Below, piece by piece: positions 8,401 through 20,826 of a DNA stretch of 64,000 nt. The position numbers and the translations under genes were made by a program. The stretch covers positions 19,468,001 through 19,532,000 of the forward strand of contig NC_088856.1 of assembly GCF_963853765.1 (NCBI RefSeq), written 5' to 3'. The stretch comes from Magallana gigas (Eukaryota). The notes under the pieces are model-generated. The model saw only the letters and a list, made by a program, of their open reading frames with translations, made no database searches and was not told the origin of the DNA. Every line of letters starts with the position of its first letter. The stretch's first letter is position 1.

Positions 8401-10194
8401 CTAAATTACTTATGGTTAAGAAAAACAATCTTATTAAATCAGATCCTCATTGCTCCTGTTTATATGATATGTTGCTAGGAGGCGTCACGTCATATAAACA
8501 GGAGCATCGAGGATCTGGATTTAATCAGATTGATAAGAAAAACTGCTTTAATTCCAACAAGAGCATCCTCTAAAGAAATGTATTGTTATGGGGGAAATGC
8601 ATTACCTTGGCATATGGTTAATGGAGCACATGGCTCAGCGGTCATAGGCTTAGGCCTGCTGGTTCAAATCTAGCTGTGGTCACTAGTGGGTTGTGCATGC
8701 ACTTAGACAAGGTACTTTGTCTTCATTTGTAAGTCCACCCAGCTGAAACTGGGTACTAACTTACACTGGGATTAACCTGCAATGGACTGGTGTCCCATTC
8801 AGAGGGAGTCAATGACTTTCATCCGCATAGCACCATGGAAACCGGGGATAAGAAGCCGCCTTTTGGCCTTCATGGCTCGGAGAAGGGTTTAATTTTTAAC
8901 TTTAACAGTAAATGTTATTGTGGTGGCTAAATTCTTTTGTGGAGGAAAATCAGGGGATATATTACTGAGCGCAGCGAGAGGCGGGCAAACCCCGCCTCGC
9001 GAAGCGAGGATTAATGGTTACACATATATATAAGAAAATCAGTAAAAAATGAAAATTGAATCAGGGGTACTAAGGCCAAAAAAAATTTCTTCCAGCCCTG
9101 GGCGCCGCCATATTGGCAGCCATTTTGTTTTTAAAAAGTTAGTTCGATCATTGATTGACTGGTACTTATCGATGTTTATTGCCCCTAAACTTGATTAAAT
9201 AAGTTCCAGTGTTTCAATAGAAGGTAATTTAAATTAAAAGAAATTAAAAAGGAAACCAGATAAGTTTCAAAAGTGCTTCAATCAAGAAACACGACTTGTT
9301 CTATGTATGTCTTATCAAATTATCAGATGGAAAATAATTACATTAACGTCAAGAAACTGGTCTTTTAGATTCTGAATAAAGTATTCAATTTTATTACATT
9401 GGCATTCATATGAATTAAATTGATGAACAATGAAAGAGGAAATTTAAAAAAATTCGGAATCACGTAACTCTCTTCGCTTATTTCCGAAGACAAAACTTGA
9501 ACGTTTTACGTCTGAAATATGACGTCATAATGTAGACTGAGCACGCGACGTTTAGTTTAACTTTGACGAATGATTTGAGTAGGCAACCATGCTGGCGGAT
9601 CCTACTTGGTGCGATTTAAATAGATTTTATTATCCAAAAATCAAACTGCACTGTGTTAAATCTGCGCTCGGTCCAACGGTCACACCGTTTACATATTATA
9701 TATAGCACATACAACATATAATTTTTACAGATTTGGCAAAAATAGCCTATAACTCAATCGGACAGTGTGTCAGACTGAATTTTATGACTTTTCAACCACA
9801 TGAGGGGCATAAGATGGTCCCATATCCATTGCCTTGTGAGCTTACACATCAAACTCTGTCAATGGTCTTTGAAATAAGAAACAGTCGAGAACTAGCACAG
9901 CTATAGAAGTAAAATTGTCAACTCCTGTGGAACAAGCTACTCCCTAATCTGAGATTCCTCTGACTCTAACCCCCGATTTTTTATTGTGACGTGCGGGGGA
10001 GAAAGCGGGGGTTAGAGTGACAGTCACAGAAAACTGGTAAAGTTTCATATCGATTTTTCACTTGAAACTGCGAACAATGATTATTCTTTCATCATATCAG
10101 AGATTTATGTTATTTATGTCTCTGATCATTACAATAGAAATTAACTTTTTACATAGGTTGAGGATAAAGTTACCTGCTTATTTGTTCTAGGCAT
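5416..10194 (-). CDS. NSMCE3: Non-structural maintenance of chromosomes element 3 homolog (MAGE/necdin family, SMC5/6 subunit), 7 exons, 260 aa
   Basis: Exons 10194-10174, 8258-8102, 7341-7262, 6824-6611, 6254-6212, 6008-5831, 5505-5416. All GT-AG, phases close, 783 nt. MAGE homology motifs LVQFLLIMDQKKLPIK, IFGIELV, KTGLLMVVLSAIFMNG, HPVFGDVKKQLTVEFVRQGYLEY, FEFRWGFRAKKE. Confidence 0.92.
8623..8905 (+). mobile_element. tRNA-derived SINE (central domain resembles V-/Meta-type SINE domains) in NSMCE3 intron 1
   Basis: Pol III A-box-like tggctcagcggt and B-box-like ggttcaaatc, followed by aacctgcaatggactggtgtcccattcag...ggaaaccggggataag and an AT-rich tail. The superfamily assignment is from memory of SINE consensus sequences and was not aligned. 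Confidence 0.65.
8963..9697 (+). mobile_element. Non-autonomous Helentron-type element (HINE/DINE-1-like), copy 1
   Basis: 11-bp subterminal inverted repeats actgagcgcag / ctgcgctcggt, GC hairpin aggcggg..cccgcct near the 5' end, stem-loop aacggt-cac-accgtt after the 3' subTIR, T-rich flanks. A highly similar inverted copy lies at 48641-49377. Confidence 0.8.
9963..10018. repeat. Short inverted repeat (13-bp perfect stem), probably a collapsed MITE
   Basis: actctaacccccg (9963-9975) and cgggggttagagt (10006-10018). Confidence 0.7.
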
Positions 10195-10743
10195 GGTAAA
10201 TGATGGTTGATACTTGCTGTTACTTTCAGTTTCAAGACCCGCGGGAAGCAAAATCAAGTTACTCGATCCCGATCATTTAAAAATGGAACAGCTGAATTCA
10301 CTTCATTTCCAAGCTTAACGGGGTCTAAATTGTGAATAACTCATTATTTTAAGAATATTTTTCCATATATATTTTTTGCATTATATATCTAAAAATTGAG
10401 ATTAAGAAATTAATTGCATCGAGATCAAGATTCCCAAAATCAACTTATGACTTTCCTACTGCTTTTATTGGCAAACAACACCACATGGACACATTCAAGC
10501 TTGGCCTGTTGTTTGTAAAGCATCAGAAAAGTTCGGACTTTATTCGAGAAATTCTTTAGTGTGTCTAGACAAGCAATCGTGACCGTTAAACCTGTTGGAT
10601 CGTGTGGGACTATAAACTGGCCATAATGCCAGTGAAACATTGGCTGTTTCCAGATGGAAAGTCTCCCGTGAAAACGAAATTGTGGAATTGGTCGTCCAAT
10701 TTTGTCTGCGGATTAGCGGGGGCTGTTTTTAAAGTTTATTTAG
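10195..10743. promoter_or_regulatory. Probable bidirectional promoter NSMCE3(-)/tafazzin(+)
   Basis: Divergent first exons, CpG-richer than the flanks. E2F-like cttcccgcg on the minus strand ~10240; candidate tafazzin 5'UTR exon donor tag|gtaggt at 10744. TSS positions are inferred. Confidence 0.55.
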
Positions 10744-10816
10744 GTAGGTATCGTCGTTTATATTGTAATTAACATATATACTATACATCTGATTATTTTG
10801 GCGTCTGAAAAATTGG

Positions 10817-11869
10817 GTATCAGGAGAAAACGTACCCAGGAGAAAACGTACCCAATCTCCAGGAGATTTTCTATGAAAATCATAATTATACTACTTAATA
10901 GTTTTTAATACTTTTATATACTATTTTGCATAACAAATATACAGAAATGTAAGAATTTCATAGATAAATGAATTTAATACTTTATAATTTGGACATTTTA
11001 AATAATTTTCATTTGCTACTTTAATGCATATTTCAATGCATAGATGTATAGAAATATATTTTATTTTTATGAATGATATCTTTATAATAATTGTAGCAAC
11101 TTTTATTTTACAAAATAATGACCTGTCATAAAGTGTTATCAGTCTACTTCTTCTAATTATCCATTTATCGGTAGCCTTACCGATTTGAGTTTCTCTATGC
11201 GAGATCCCCTGATTTTAATTATAGTGATAATCAATTAAATACCTGAGGAGTCATTATTATGTAATATTATGTATTGCCTCCCCGCGCAGGAGGTAGAAAT
11301 ATTCACTCTCCACACATAATACATGTCAGTGGCGTCGGAAGCAAATTGACTGTTCAATGTTACATCTCGTAGTAGTTTCCATATATATGAATCAAACAAA
11401 TATTTAAAAGACTTGAGCTTGGTTTTATTATAAGCAACTTTGTTTTATAGATAATTTTCAAAAAAATGTTTTAAAAAACACGATATCGACTTCTTGAGAT
11501 ATTCATCATTTAGTTCTCCAAAGAGATTTTAATAAAAACTACTTATTTCACGGTTTTTTATGGTGGATTAATTGTTGACTAATTAAACTGCTCAGGCCAC
11601 GTTCGTGTATGTGTATGTTACAAATTATTGTCTTAATAATTTAAGTACGTGACCATGGTGACTATGCATTTAAAAACTACAGCAACAAATGATACAAATG
11701 TTCATTGTATATTTTATTTTATTTCATTTAAGAATATCTATGAAAACCATTATTTATTATTTCCATAGGGTACGTTTTCTCTTGGAGAAAACGTACCCGG
11801 GTTCTCCTGGAGAAAACGTACCCTATAAATTGGGTACGTTTTCTCCTGGGTACGTTTTCTCCAGCATTC
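10817..11869. mobile_element. Non-autonomous Mutator-like (MULE) element
   Basis: 9-bp target-site duplication aaaaattgg (10808-10816 and 11870-11878). Imperfect TIRs built from the repeated motif ggagaaaacgtaccc (2 copies left, 5 right in both orientations). AT-rich non-coding interior. Confidence 0.8.
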
Positions 11870-14800
11870 AAAAATTGGCTATTTTCATCAGCGACGTATA
11901 TACGTCCCTGTTTCATGCAAAGAGAGGTTGAGACTATATGGATTTCACTTGACATCCTGTTAATAACTCTAAACATATATGATACTAAATTATAGCTTGT
12001 GTTCAAATTATTAAAGACTAAATGTACTTCATATTTTTTATTATATATTGTGTTGTAAAAAGTTGATTTGAATGATTTTTATAAAATTGTTTTAATTAAT
12101 GTTAAAAAAAAAATAGTAATGCGTTGAACTGTGTTTGCCTATCATAAATTCATAATAATTTTAAAGTTTTTTATTACCGGTAAAAGGTTTGACTGTATTT
12201 GGAATCAAAGCAAAATGAGTAAACTTTAAAGATATCAAGATGTTTTAACAATTATCACTTCGACTTATCGGCCTTTTTTTAAATTTACATTTGGTCCCAA
12301 ATTTTTTGTTTTTTATGTGACAGTCTAAACAATCCAGATTTAAAAGGCTGTCCAACTGTGAAAAATTGTTTGGTGTCTGCAACAAATTGTAAATAAATTG
12401 AGATGTGTTATAATGTAAGACTTTTGACTATAATGTAAGGACTATAATTAGTGATGAAAAATCCATGCAATTTCTAAAATTGCCCAATCACTATCTACAC
12501 AAGTCAAGTTTGGGGTCAAAGCTTCAAGCTTGCATACATGTATCTTCATATATTCATAAAAAAATTTTTCAATGGGATTTAATTAATAGGGTAAAAATTA
12601 GGGAAAAATCCAGTCCCCAGGCATAATTTGGGTTTATATTAATGCGAACATAACTCCATTTCTGGCATTTAGTCTTTCTTAGTCAGTGATTATAATGTAA
12701 TGAAAATTCAAGGACAGAGATCTAATTCACTGTATCAAAGGTTGATGTACTTTTGTTAAGACATTGTTGTAGGAATATAGAAATTGTTCTGAATTTTAAC
12801 CAATGCATTAGATAGGACTGCAGCATGTATGTCTCTAGTTGGTGTGGGTTATATCTTAATTCTCACTCTTTGTGGCAGTGTGATTAAATTTTAACTTGAG
12901 CAGACAAAGTGACTGCAGTTCTGCATAAAGTCATTAGCCAAAACAAATCAAGGGTTGAAAATCGTATACCTTTGATTTTTAGATCATTCTCTCTGTAAGA
13001 GGCTTATAATGTGTAATGCCTGCAAAAATTTATTTGGTATGTATCTGAATGTATGAGGCAAATAAATGTGAAGTGTGGTAGTTTATAATCATTTTTGACC
13101 ATATGTTGAATAAATATTTTAATCCCATCAGAAATTAGGCTAGCATTAATGTTTATCAAATGATTAGAATGGGTGAAATTTACTTTCAATTGATAAATGC
13201 AGTGATGCATATGTTTAATTTTTGACTTGTTCTCACATTCAGGACCCAAAAAAAACAATATCAGTTAAACCTTATCATTGTTAAATCATATGTTAATATA
13301 TTTGATACTTTTTCATTCGTTGAGAGGAGATACTATACATGTACATCTAAGCCTATAGATTTATAACACAATTTTGTATGTGATGTGGTAAACTTTAAAG
13401 AAGAAATAGTGCATGATACTTGTACTATTAGAAGATTAAGATTTAAAGGAATCCTTCCCATTGCTTGATTTGTTTTGATTTAAAGACTATCGGTAGTTAC
13501 AAGATTCATGATTCTTACTTTGACAAACAACCAATGAACTAGTTTAGTTAAGTTTATAATAATCAGTATTATTTATGAACAACAGTATTAAACAGAAAGG
13601 CAACAAAAAGCTATGCTAGTGCCTATATACATGTATTTGCCTTTTGCATTAACATGATTAAGAGGAACTCTTTTATTCACTGAGAACATTTAGTAAAAGT
13701 TTCAAGAATGTGTATTTGGTCAAATTGAATTTTCATAGATATATTTCATTGTTAATTTTACCTAATATTATTAAATATAGGCTTTGAGAAATGAAAGTTA
13801 TGTTTGGCGTATGTTTCATTTCACATATTAATCAATAATGGTAGGCTATGATTCCGATGTACTGTGCTCCTCTTGGTACCAGACAGGTGACAAGGCTAGA
13901 AGTAACCCAAACAAGTCCATCATGATTTCACCCAGTTCTGCAGTCTCAAGTGTACTTTAAATGGAAAGTGTGGCATATTTGTACTGTCCTATGTTTATTT
14001 ATCTGTTTGCTCAATTGTAAAATTCAGTGAACAGTAAGAGACGCCCTCCTCACGATGTTACAGTGATAAAAGTATCTATGTACCTCTAAATAAAATCGGT
14101 CAGGATCAGGTGACAAGAGTAACATTTTCCTGACCAGACTGTATTTACATATTATTTTCCTGAATTTTAATTGCTCTTTGGAAAAGTTTAAGTTACATAC
14201 CTTTCCCTGTAGCTACAGGTGACAGAAAGACATGTGTTGAATGAAAATGCTATTACTTAGTAAAGAGAATGTAATAGATTTGTAAATGGGTTGTATGAAG
14301 TCAATATTTGATTACATCTTCTCCTTAAAGTGATATAAAGTATTCTAAAATTGGAAATACAGTATTTGGATGCTCCAAGAAATAAGTTTGGACTAAATGC
14401 ACTTACTACATGTACTGTTTGGCAAATTAAAGCTCCTCTGTGACTGTTTATACATTAAATGAAAGTAAATGTTCAATATTCAAGTTAAATTTAATTAATG
14501 CATGAAATCAATGTTCAACAAAATAGCTTATTTGGTTGAATTTTGCACAGGATCTGTTGATGAAAAATCTTTGTGTAAATGTCCTTTTCATCTCTGTGTA
14601 TTCTGGATTTGTGTTCTTTCACACCGAATTTGTATGGTACCCAACACTTCTCATTGTCTTGTTGTGAGAAACATGTTCATGATCTTCTTCTGATAGTATT
14701 GAACACACCTGCGTATTGAAGCTAATACCCAATTGACCGTCCCTTGATCAGCTGTATTAAGTTAGTAGTCAGGTTATTTTTTGGACAAGTGTAAAGCATG

Positions 14801-15169
14801 ATCGCCATAATCTAATCCCCTTCTATTTCAGAGTTCAGTGAACTGAAAGACATCCAAAATAGTTTTTTGTTTTGAGCAACTTTTGGATACTTCAAATTCA
14901 AAAGAGATTTGGTTAAATTTCGACACAATGTTCAATGTTCTATGTGCTGATACAAAAGTTCAGCTTTGGATAGAGGTTATTGCTTAGTCACAAGTTAGGA
15001 CCATTTTAACAAGGCCTTGGACTTTCATTAGGACGTAGCTATCTATTTCTTGCGTCAAAACAAGTAAAAAATGATGTGGTTTCAAGTGAAATATGCACCG
15101 ATTGATTGAGCTCAAAAGCTAGACAAATCTTGTTGATTTCAGAGAGCCGTGGCTAACAATGAAATATAC

Positions 15170-18100
15170 ATGCCTACGTCACATTACTGTTTAACACAAC
15201 TACCCAAAGTCCAAGCTCTTGTTAAACTGGTTCTAAATGATGGTTTTATCAGAAGTTTAAATCTGGTTTCAGAGAAGTTGAACTACTGCAAAGTTTATAA
15301 CAAGGAGAAAATAATAGACACGGTCGACCAAGTGAGAAAGTCTGGACGCAGTCTGATAACATACAGTAACCATGACAGCTGTATCGATGACCCCACGACC
15401 TTAGGTAAACAAAGGTCAAAGTTCAAGCCATAAAAGATAATATGACATGATCATTGATTGTGAATCAATTGACATGGAGACAAATGCAAGATATTTGTCT
15501 TTAAAATTTAATGATATTAAGATTCTTCAAATTTTGAACAGCTATGCTGAGATGGGATCATGTGTTGAATGGTAAAAGACTTCGGTGGGTCCTTGTGGCA
15601 GACGAGATCTGTTTCACCTCCAAACCGCTGGCACTCTTCTTCAGTCTCGGGAAAGCCATTCCAGTGATCAGGGGCGAGGGAATCTATCAGAAACCTATGG
15701 ACTACGCCCTGGATAAGATTGATCGCGGGGCATGGGTACATATATTTCCGGAAGGTATATATTCCAACTGTATACTAGCTGTAATAGCCTTCTTTAAATT
15801 AATACATTTGTATGAAGTTTAATATATTATTCAATTATATGCTTGATATTTTAAAACAGTTTGAAGCTTTCTTAGTAATAATATCACTCCTATTGAGTAG
15901 ACAAAGTATGGTTTGTAAAAATAAAACTGATGATCAATGTTTTATGTGGTACTTTTTCTGTTTACTTGTATATTTCATTGAGTGCTAATTTGAAATAGTA
16001 TGTGGCAATAGGAAGTCGCTTGCTTTAAATTAGCAGTATTAAATCCATATGACATATCTCATTTTGGAGGGTTCAATGTTACAGGGTCATCTCTGTGGAA
16101 CAAATCTTTTAAGTAAAATAATTTGGTTTCACTGTACAGATATACAAAACTTGTACTTTACAGGACCTTCTCTGAAACATAATGGGATTAAGGCTCACAT
16201 AAGATTTATTGTTTAATTCTAGTACCGATACTACCATGTTTATTTTGAGAGCTGTGAAATGTTATTGTTTCACATATTTGTCCATAGTCTTTAGGTGTCA
16301 AACAGTAATTTCTTTTGTTCATACTTTCTAGGTAAAATAAACCTTGAAAAAACCTACATTAGATTTAAATGGGGTAAGTACTTTTGATTTTCATGAAATC
16401 CTCACCAAGTTGTTATTGTTGTTAGAAGTTATACAGTGTAGTGAAAAGGCTATTGATGGAGAGGTGAAAATTAAATCCTTTGATAAAATCCCTTTTCTTG
16501 ATTTTGTAGCTAGTTGCATGGATACTTGTCTTATCAAAACATTTTGTGAATAACTTCTTTTGGAAAACCCACTAAGTGTATATGGTAAAGGTGTTACAAA
16601 AGTTAAAACTTATACATGTGTGTGTGTGAAAAAAAAAAAAATACAATTCTCAAAATATTTTGAAAAAAAGATCTTTTTTTTTTAAAACCTACAAAAAATA
16701 ATTAAAGGGTGAAGTATAAAACTTTCGCACAACTTATGTGTGTGAAAGGCCAAAAAAAAAATTGTCTATGTTTATGTATGTGGGAGGATGGTAACATACG
16801 CTAATCAGAGCAGGCTTTCACCTTTAGTTTGTACTTTAAGTCAGATACTATAGAATATGTCTAATGGCCTGCAGCTGAACCGGAATTTTATTGTTATTGT
16901 TATCACATCCTACATGTCTGTCAAGGAAGTGTCCACTACCGGTGCATATAGACTATTCTATCACTATTTTGTTGTTACCATGTTTGATTACTTTAACCTC
17001 CTTTGACCCTGAGTACCAGGTTAGTTTTACTGACAATCACAACAACAACAAACAAAAAAACAACTTGTCAGAACCGTTGAAATGAAATGCCTTTCACAAA
17101 TCCAGGACATTTTTGTTAATGTTATACCTACAATCATGTATGTCAATAAATGTCAGCTTTCCTTTTTAGTAACTAACCAATTACTGATACAATACTCCGT
17201 AATTAAAAATACCTTGTAATTTGTGATATGGTATTAGCAATACTGATTAGCTGAGTTGATCACTGGAGGTGGAGGTAAATACAGTGCAGGGTACCTATGA
17301 TTCTGTATCCTAATGATAAAGAAATATTCTGTAGCCTAATAATTGTGGTCTTTTCAGGGATAGGTCGACTCCTGACTGAAGCTCAGCAGTGCCCCATAGT
17401 GGTTCCATTCTATCATTACGGTAAGCTCCTCTTTTTAGCTATGCTTATTGCTTAAGCCATGGACTATGGTCTCTCTACATGAAAGTGGTGCAACAGATCA
17501 AATAAAAAATGAATTTGATGTCAAATAAACACTTTTGAGTATAAAAATTCATTTTGGAGGCATTGTAATATTTAGCTCACCTGAATCTAGTGTTCACCGG
17601 TAGTCCAGAGTTAAAACTGTCTAAGTGTCTGTCTGTCCATTTCACAATATTTAATTCTTTTATAGAACCGTTATGTACACCAATTCCAATTACCGTAAAC
17701 TTAAAACAAAGTATCATTAGGTGATATGAATGTAACTTTATTTTATGATGAAAATGTAAAAATATTTCAAGAAGTTCATACATTTATACAGAAGTACTAG
17801 ACTAAGTATGAAAGATTTATCTAAATTTTTTAAATGTATTTGCATAACTTTCTTATCCATCCTAGTTCTAATTCTTCTAGATTTGCACAGTATGACAGCA
17901 TTCAAAACTACTGATTTATTTCTTTTTCATTAAGTGTACTATAACTGTTTAAAATGTTAACTGGCATTGTATGGCATTGTAATATATTATGTACAACAAG
18001 GAGAGGACTCTATAAGTTTTTGGAACTTGCCTCCAATCCTTTTGGCATCATTAGTCAATAAAATATGTTCAACTCATAGGAATGCAAACAGCCAAAATAA

Positions 18101-20826
18101 AGGGCCACATCCATTGAAAGGGGGAGGGTAATTAAAAAAAAAAATCCTGACAAAGAGTAGGATTTTACTACAAAAAAATCACTGTGTTGTAGCCTTTGGA
18201 GCTGTTGTTTACTTCAATCTATGGTAATAATTTTTTTTTATGATTTAGTCTGTACAACTTCAAACGTAGCTGTTAGATTGTACAATGATTATAGATTTAA
18301 TCTGTCTGATCCTTCATCATGGCTTCAGTGGTCCCGAGAGAGGCAAAGATGAATTGAATAGATGAACCAGCAGTAGTAAAAACAAGAATGCAGCAAAATT
18401 TCAAACAAGTCAAATTTCAAACAAGTCATGCTGTCTGTATTCTCAGTACTTTGATTAATCCCAAATCTCATCAAACAAGGGCTAAATTCAAATGTATTAA
18501 TATCAAGAAAATTTTGACACATTCTTTTATCCTTTTCCACAGGCATGGATGAAGCTTTACCCACAAAGACTCCTTATTTTCCTCGCTTTAAAAAGGTATA
18601 TTTTTCTGTTGATAGGAATGGATGATACATTTCCGAATAAAAATCCTCATATTCCAGAGTTTGGAAAGGTACAGAGGAGGGTCTGAAGTGCTTTGTACAC
18701 CCCCCACAATTATAACCAGAGTATATTTCACTAACAATGTCATTTACCTGTGCCTATTATTAGACCTACATGAACAACTCCCATGCATTTCTTTTTCATT
18801 GAACTGTTTCCCATTAAAATTAAAGAAAAATGCTCTCTCTCTCTCTATTTCACATAAAGGGGTAACCTAGGTTTCGGATTTGAACTTTTTCGCTGCTAAG
18901 GCAAAATTATTCCAAGATATATAGGTTCACAAGACTCACATCACACGCCTCTTCTCTTTACGACTGAGTTAATTTATTAAAACATGTTTCCATTATCTAA
19001 AATTGCCTTTCTTTGAGTTTCATTGTCTGATTTTCCACATTCTTACACTCCTGTGTATTAACTCCTGTTGCAAGTATAAATAAAACTTGCACCTATATGC
19101 TGTTATTACACATACACTATTCAGTATTCTTCATGAATAAACCCAATTGTACCCCAACCTTATTGTATGTTCCATGATTTATGTTATGATATGATTAGTT
19201 CCTTTATTTTATACATGTACTGAACTATACTGCATCAACCAACTATTCTGAAATCCCATTTTTATACTGACTTTTGATCTCTACTGGTTGGATGTGGGAG
19301 TTCCTTGATATTAAGATAAAAAGAAATCCTTTTTATATAAACATGTACTTATTTAGCTATTTTTGTCTTCATTACATGTATATTACAACCTGTAATTATT
19401 TTAAGTACTGTACTGAAACAGTAGATTCCTGATTAAATGCTAGGCATTAAAGTTAATGAAAATCACAAGAAGCACCTCTTGCAAATTTTTCAATCTTGCT
19501 TTTTATTTTTCTTTCAGTTGTGAACTTTATGAAATTATAACAAAAGCTGGGTGCTTAGGATGTTATTTTTCTGCGATTTGACAAAAAAAAAAACCCAGTG
19601 GAATCATTGAATTAGATATACTTGCGTAAGATAAGTACAGTAAAACACGGTTATAACGAAGCGTCAGGGACGGGCGATTTTGCTTCGTTAAAAGCGTAAT
19701 TCGTTATATCCGTCAAGTTTACAACATGTAATATAGTCACTGGGAATGAAAATCACTTCGCTGTAAGCATCAATTCTTTATAAGCGTGTTCGCTATGACC
19801 ATGTTTTACTGTAATCTACAGTAATTTTCAGTGTTAAAAGAAAACAAGAGGATGTAAATGTATTGTAATATGGGATTTTTTCCTCTCAGAAAATCACCAT
19901 TTTAGTGGGCAATCCCATCGATTTCTCCGAGGAGTTGGAGCGGTTGAAACACAAGATGACTGCAGTGAGTACTGAGTATATAACTATGTCAAACTTTTGA
20001 ATTGGATATATATGATATGGTACTTTTATACATTTATTACTTACCGGTACTACATTGTAATAAATAATATGCATTAGCTGCAGGTCTGAAAAACTCCAAA
20101 TTTTCTCAGACCGGGAGCTACAGACCTGCAGCTAGCAATGCATGCTGAATTACATTACGGCCATCATGTTGCCTTCTATAATTTGCAGTTTGCACTGATA
20201 ATAGAACTATAGTCAGCAATACTGTGATGCATTTAACCCAGTAATCTTGTGTCATTCTTGTCTGAGATAATGAAACAAATACCTTTATCTTATTTAAATG
20301 GTTAATAGCCAGCAGGTTCTATTCCATTAGCATGCACTTCAATTGAATCTATATACATAATGTTTTCATTTTTTTCCATGCAGTGTTTTGGTTTGTGAAA
20401 CACTACGAATCAATTTGTAAAAGTATAGTTCAAAAAATTTATACTAAAAATGAAAATTACCGATATGTAAAAAATAAATGATATAATATTTTATTGTACA
20501 TTTGCTGGAAATTATATAAATGTTAGAAACCATATATCCTTGATAATTCTCTGAGTATTATGAGGTGATAATTACCGTTTCGGTTGTGACATGATCAAAT
20601 CTACCATAAATGATCACCTTATTAATGATAATGATTCTATATTCCTTAAATAAAGATGTAGCAATGGCTTTTGTGATCTATGTATTCTCATTATTTTTTT
20701 TTTCAGACTGAGCTCAGGAAACATTTTACAGATATTCTTCAAGAAAAACTTTACGCCCTTCGGAAAGAAGCTGAAGAACTTCACAAAGTTCGGAAAGCGG
20801 AAGAACCTCACAAAGAAGACAGCTGA
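15170..20826 (+). CDS. TAFAZZIN: Tafazzin (mitochondrial phospholipid transacylase), 7 coding exons, ~266 aa
   Basis: Exons 15170-15404, 15542-15754, 16332-16373, 17358-17420, 18543-18595, 19890-19964, 20707-20826. GT-AG, 801 nt. Acyltransferase motifs SNHDSCIDDP (HxxxxD), FFSLGKAIPVIRG, WVHIFPEGK, RFKWGIGRL, PYFPRF. Start ATG inferred. Confidence 0.93.
19638..19811. mobile_element. MITE with CAGT...ACTG ends and TA target duplication (Tc1/mariner-pogo type) in a tafazzin intron
   Basis: ta|cagtaaaacacggttataacgaa ... ttcgctatgaccatgttttactg|ta. Confidence 0.8.
20075..20134. mobile_element. Tiny TIR element / MITE deletion derivative, copy 1
   Basis: 14-bp TIR tagctgcaggtctg...cagacctgcagcta. 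Related longer copy in the opposite orientation at 40048-40143. Confidence 0.65.

Noticed and set aside
1-10194. Functional link between SMC5/6 subunit NSMCE3 (the complex silences extrachromosomal circular DNA) and an adjacent element that replicates via circular DNA
   Set aside because: A single adjacency is most simply a random insertion; nothing in the sequence supports coupling.
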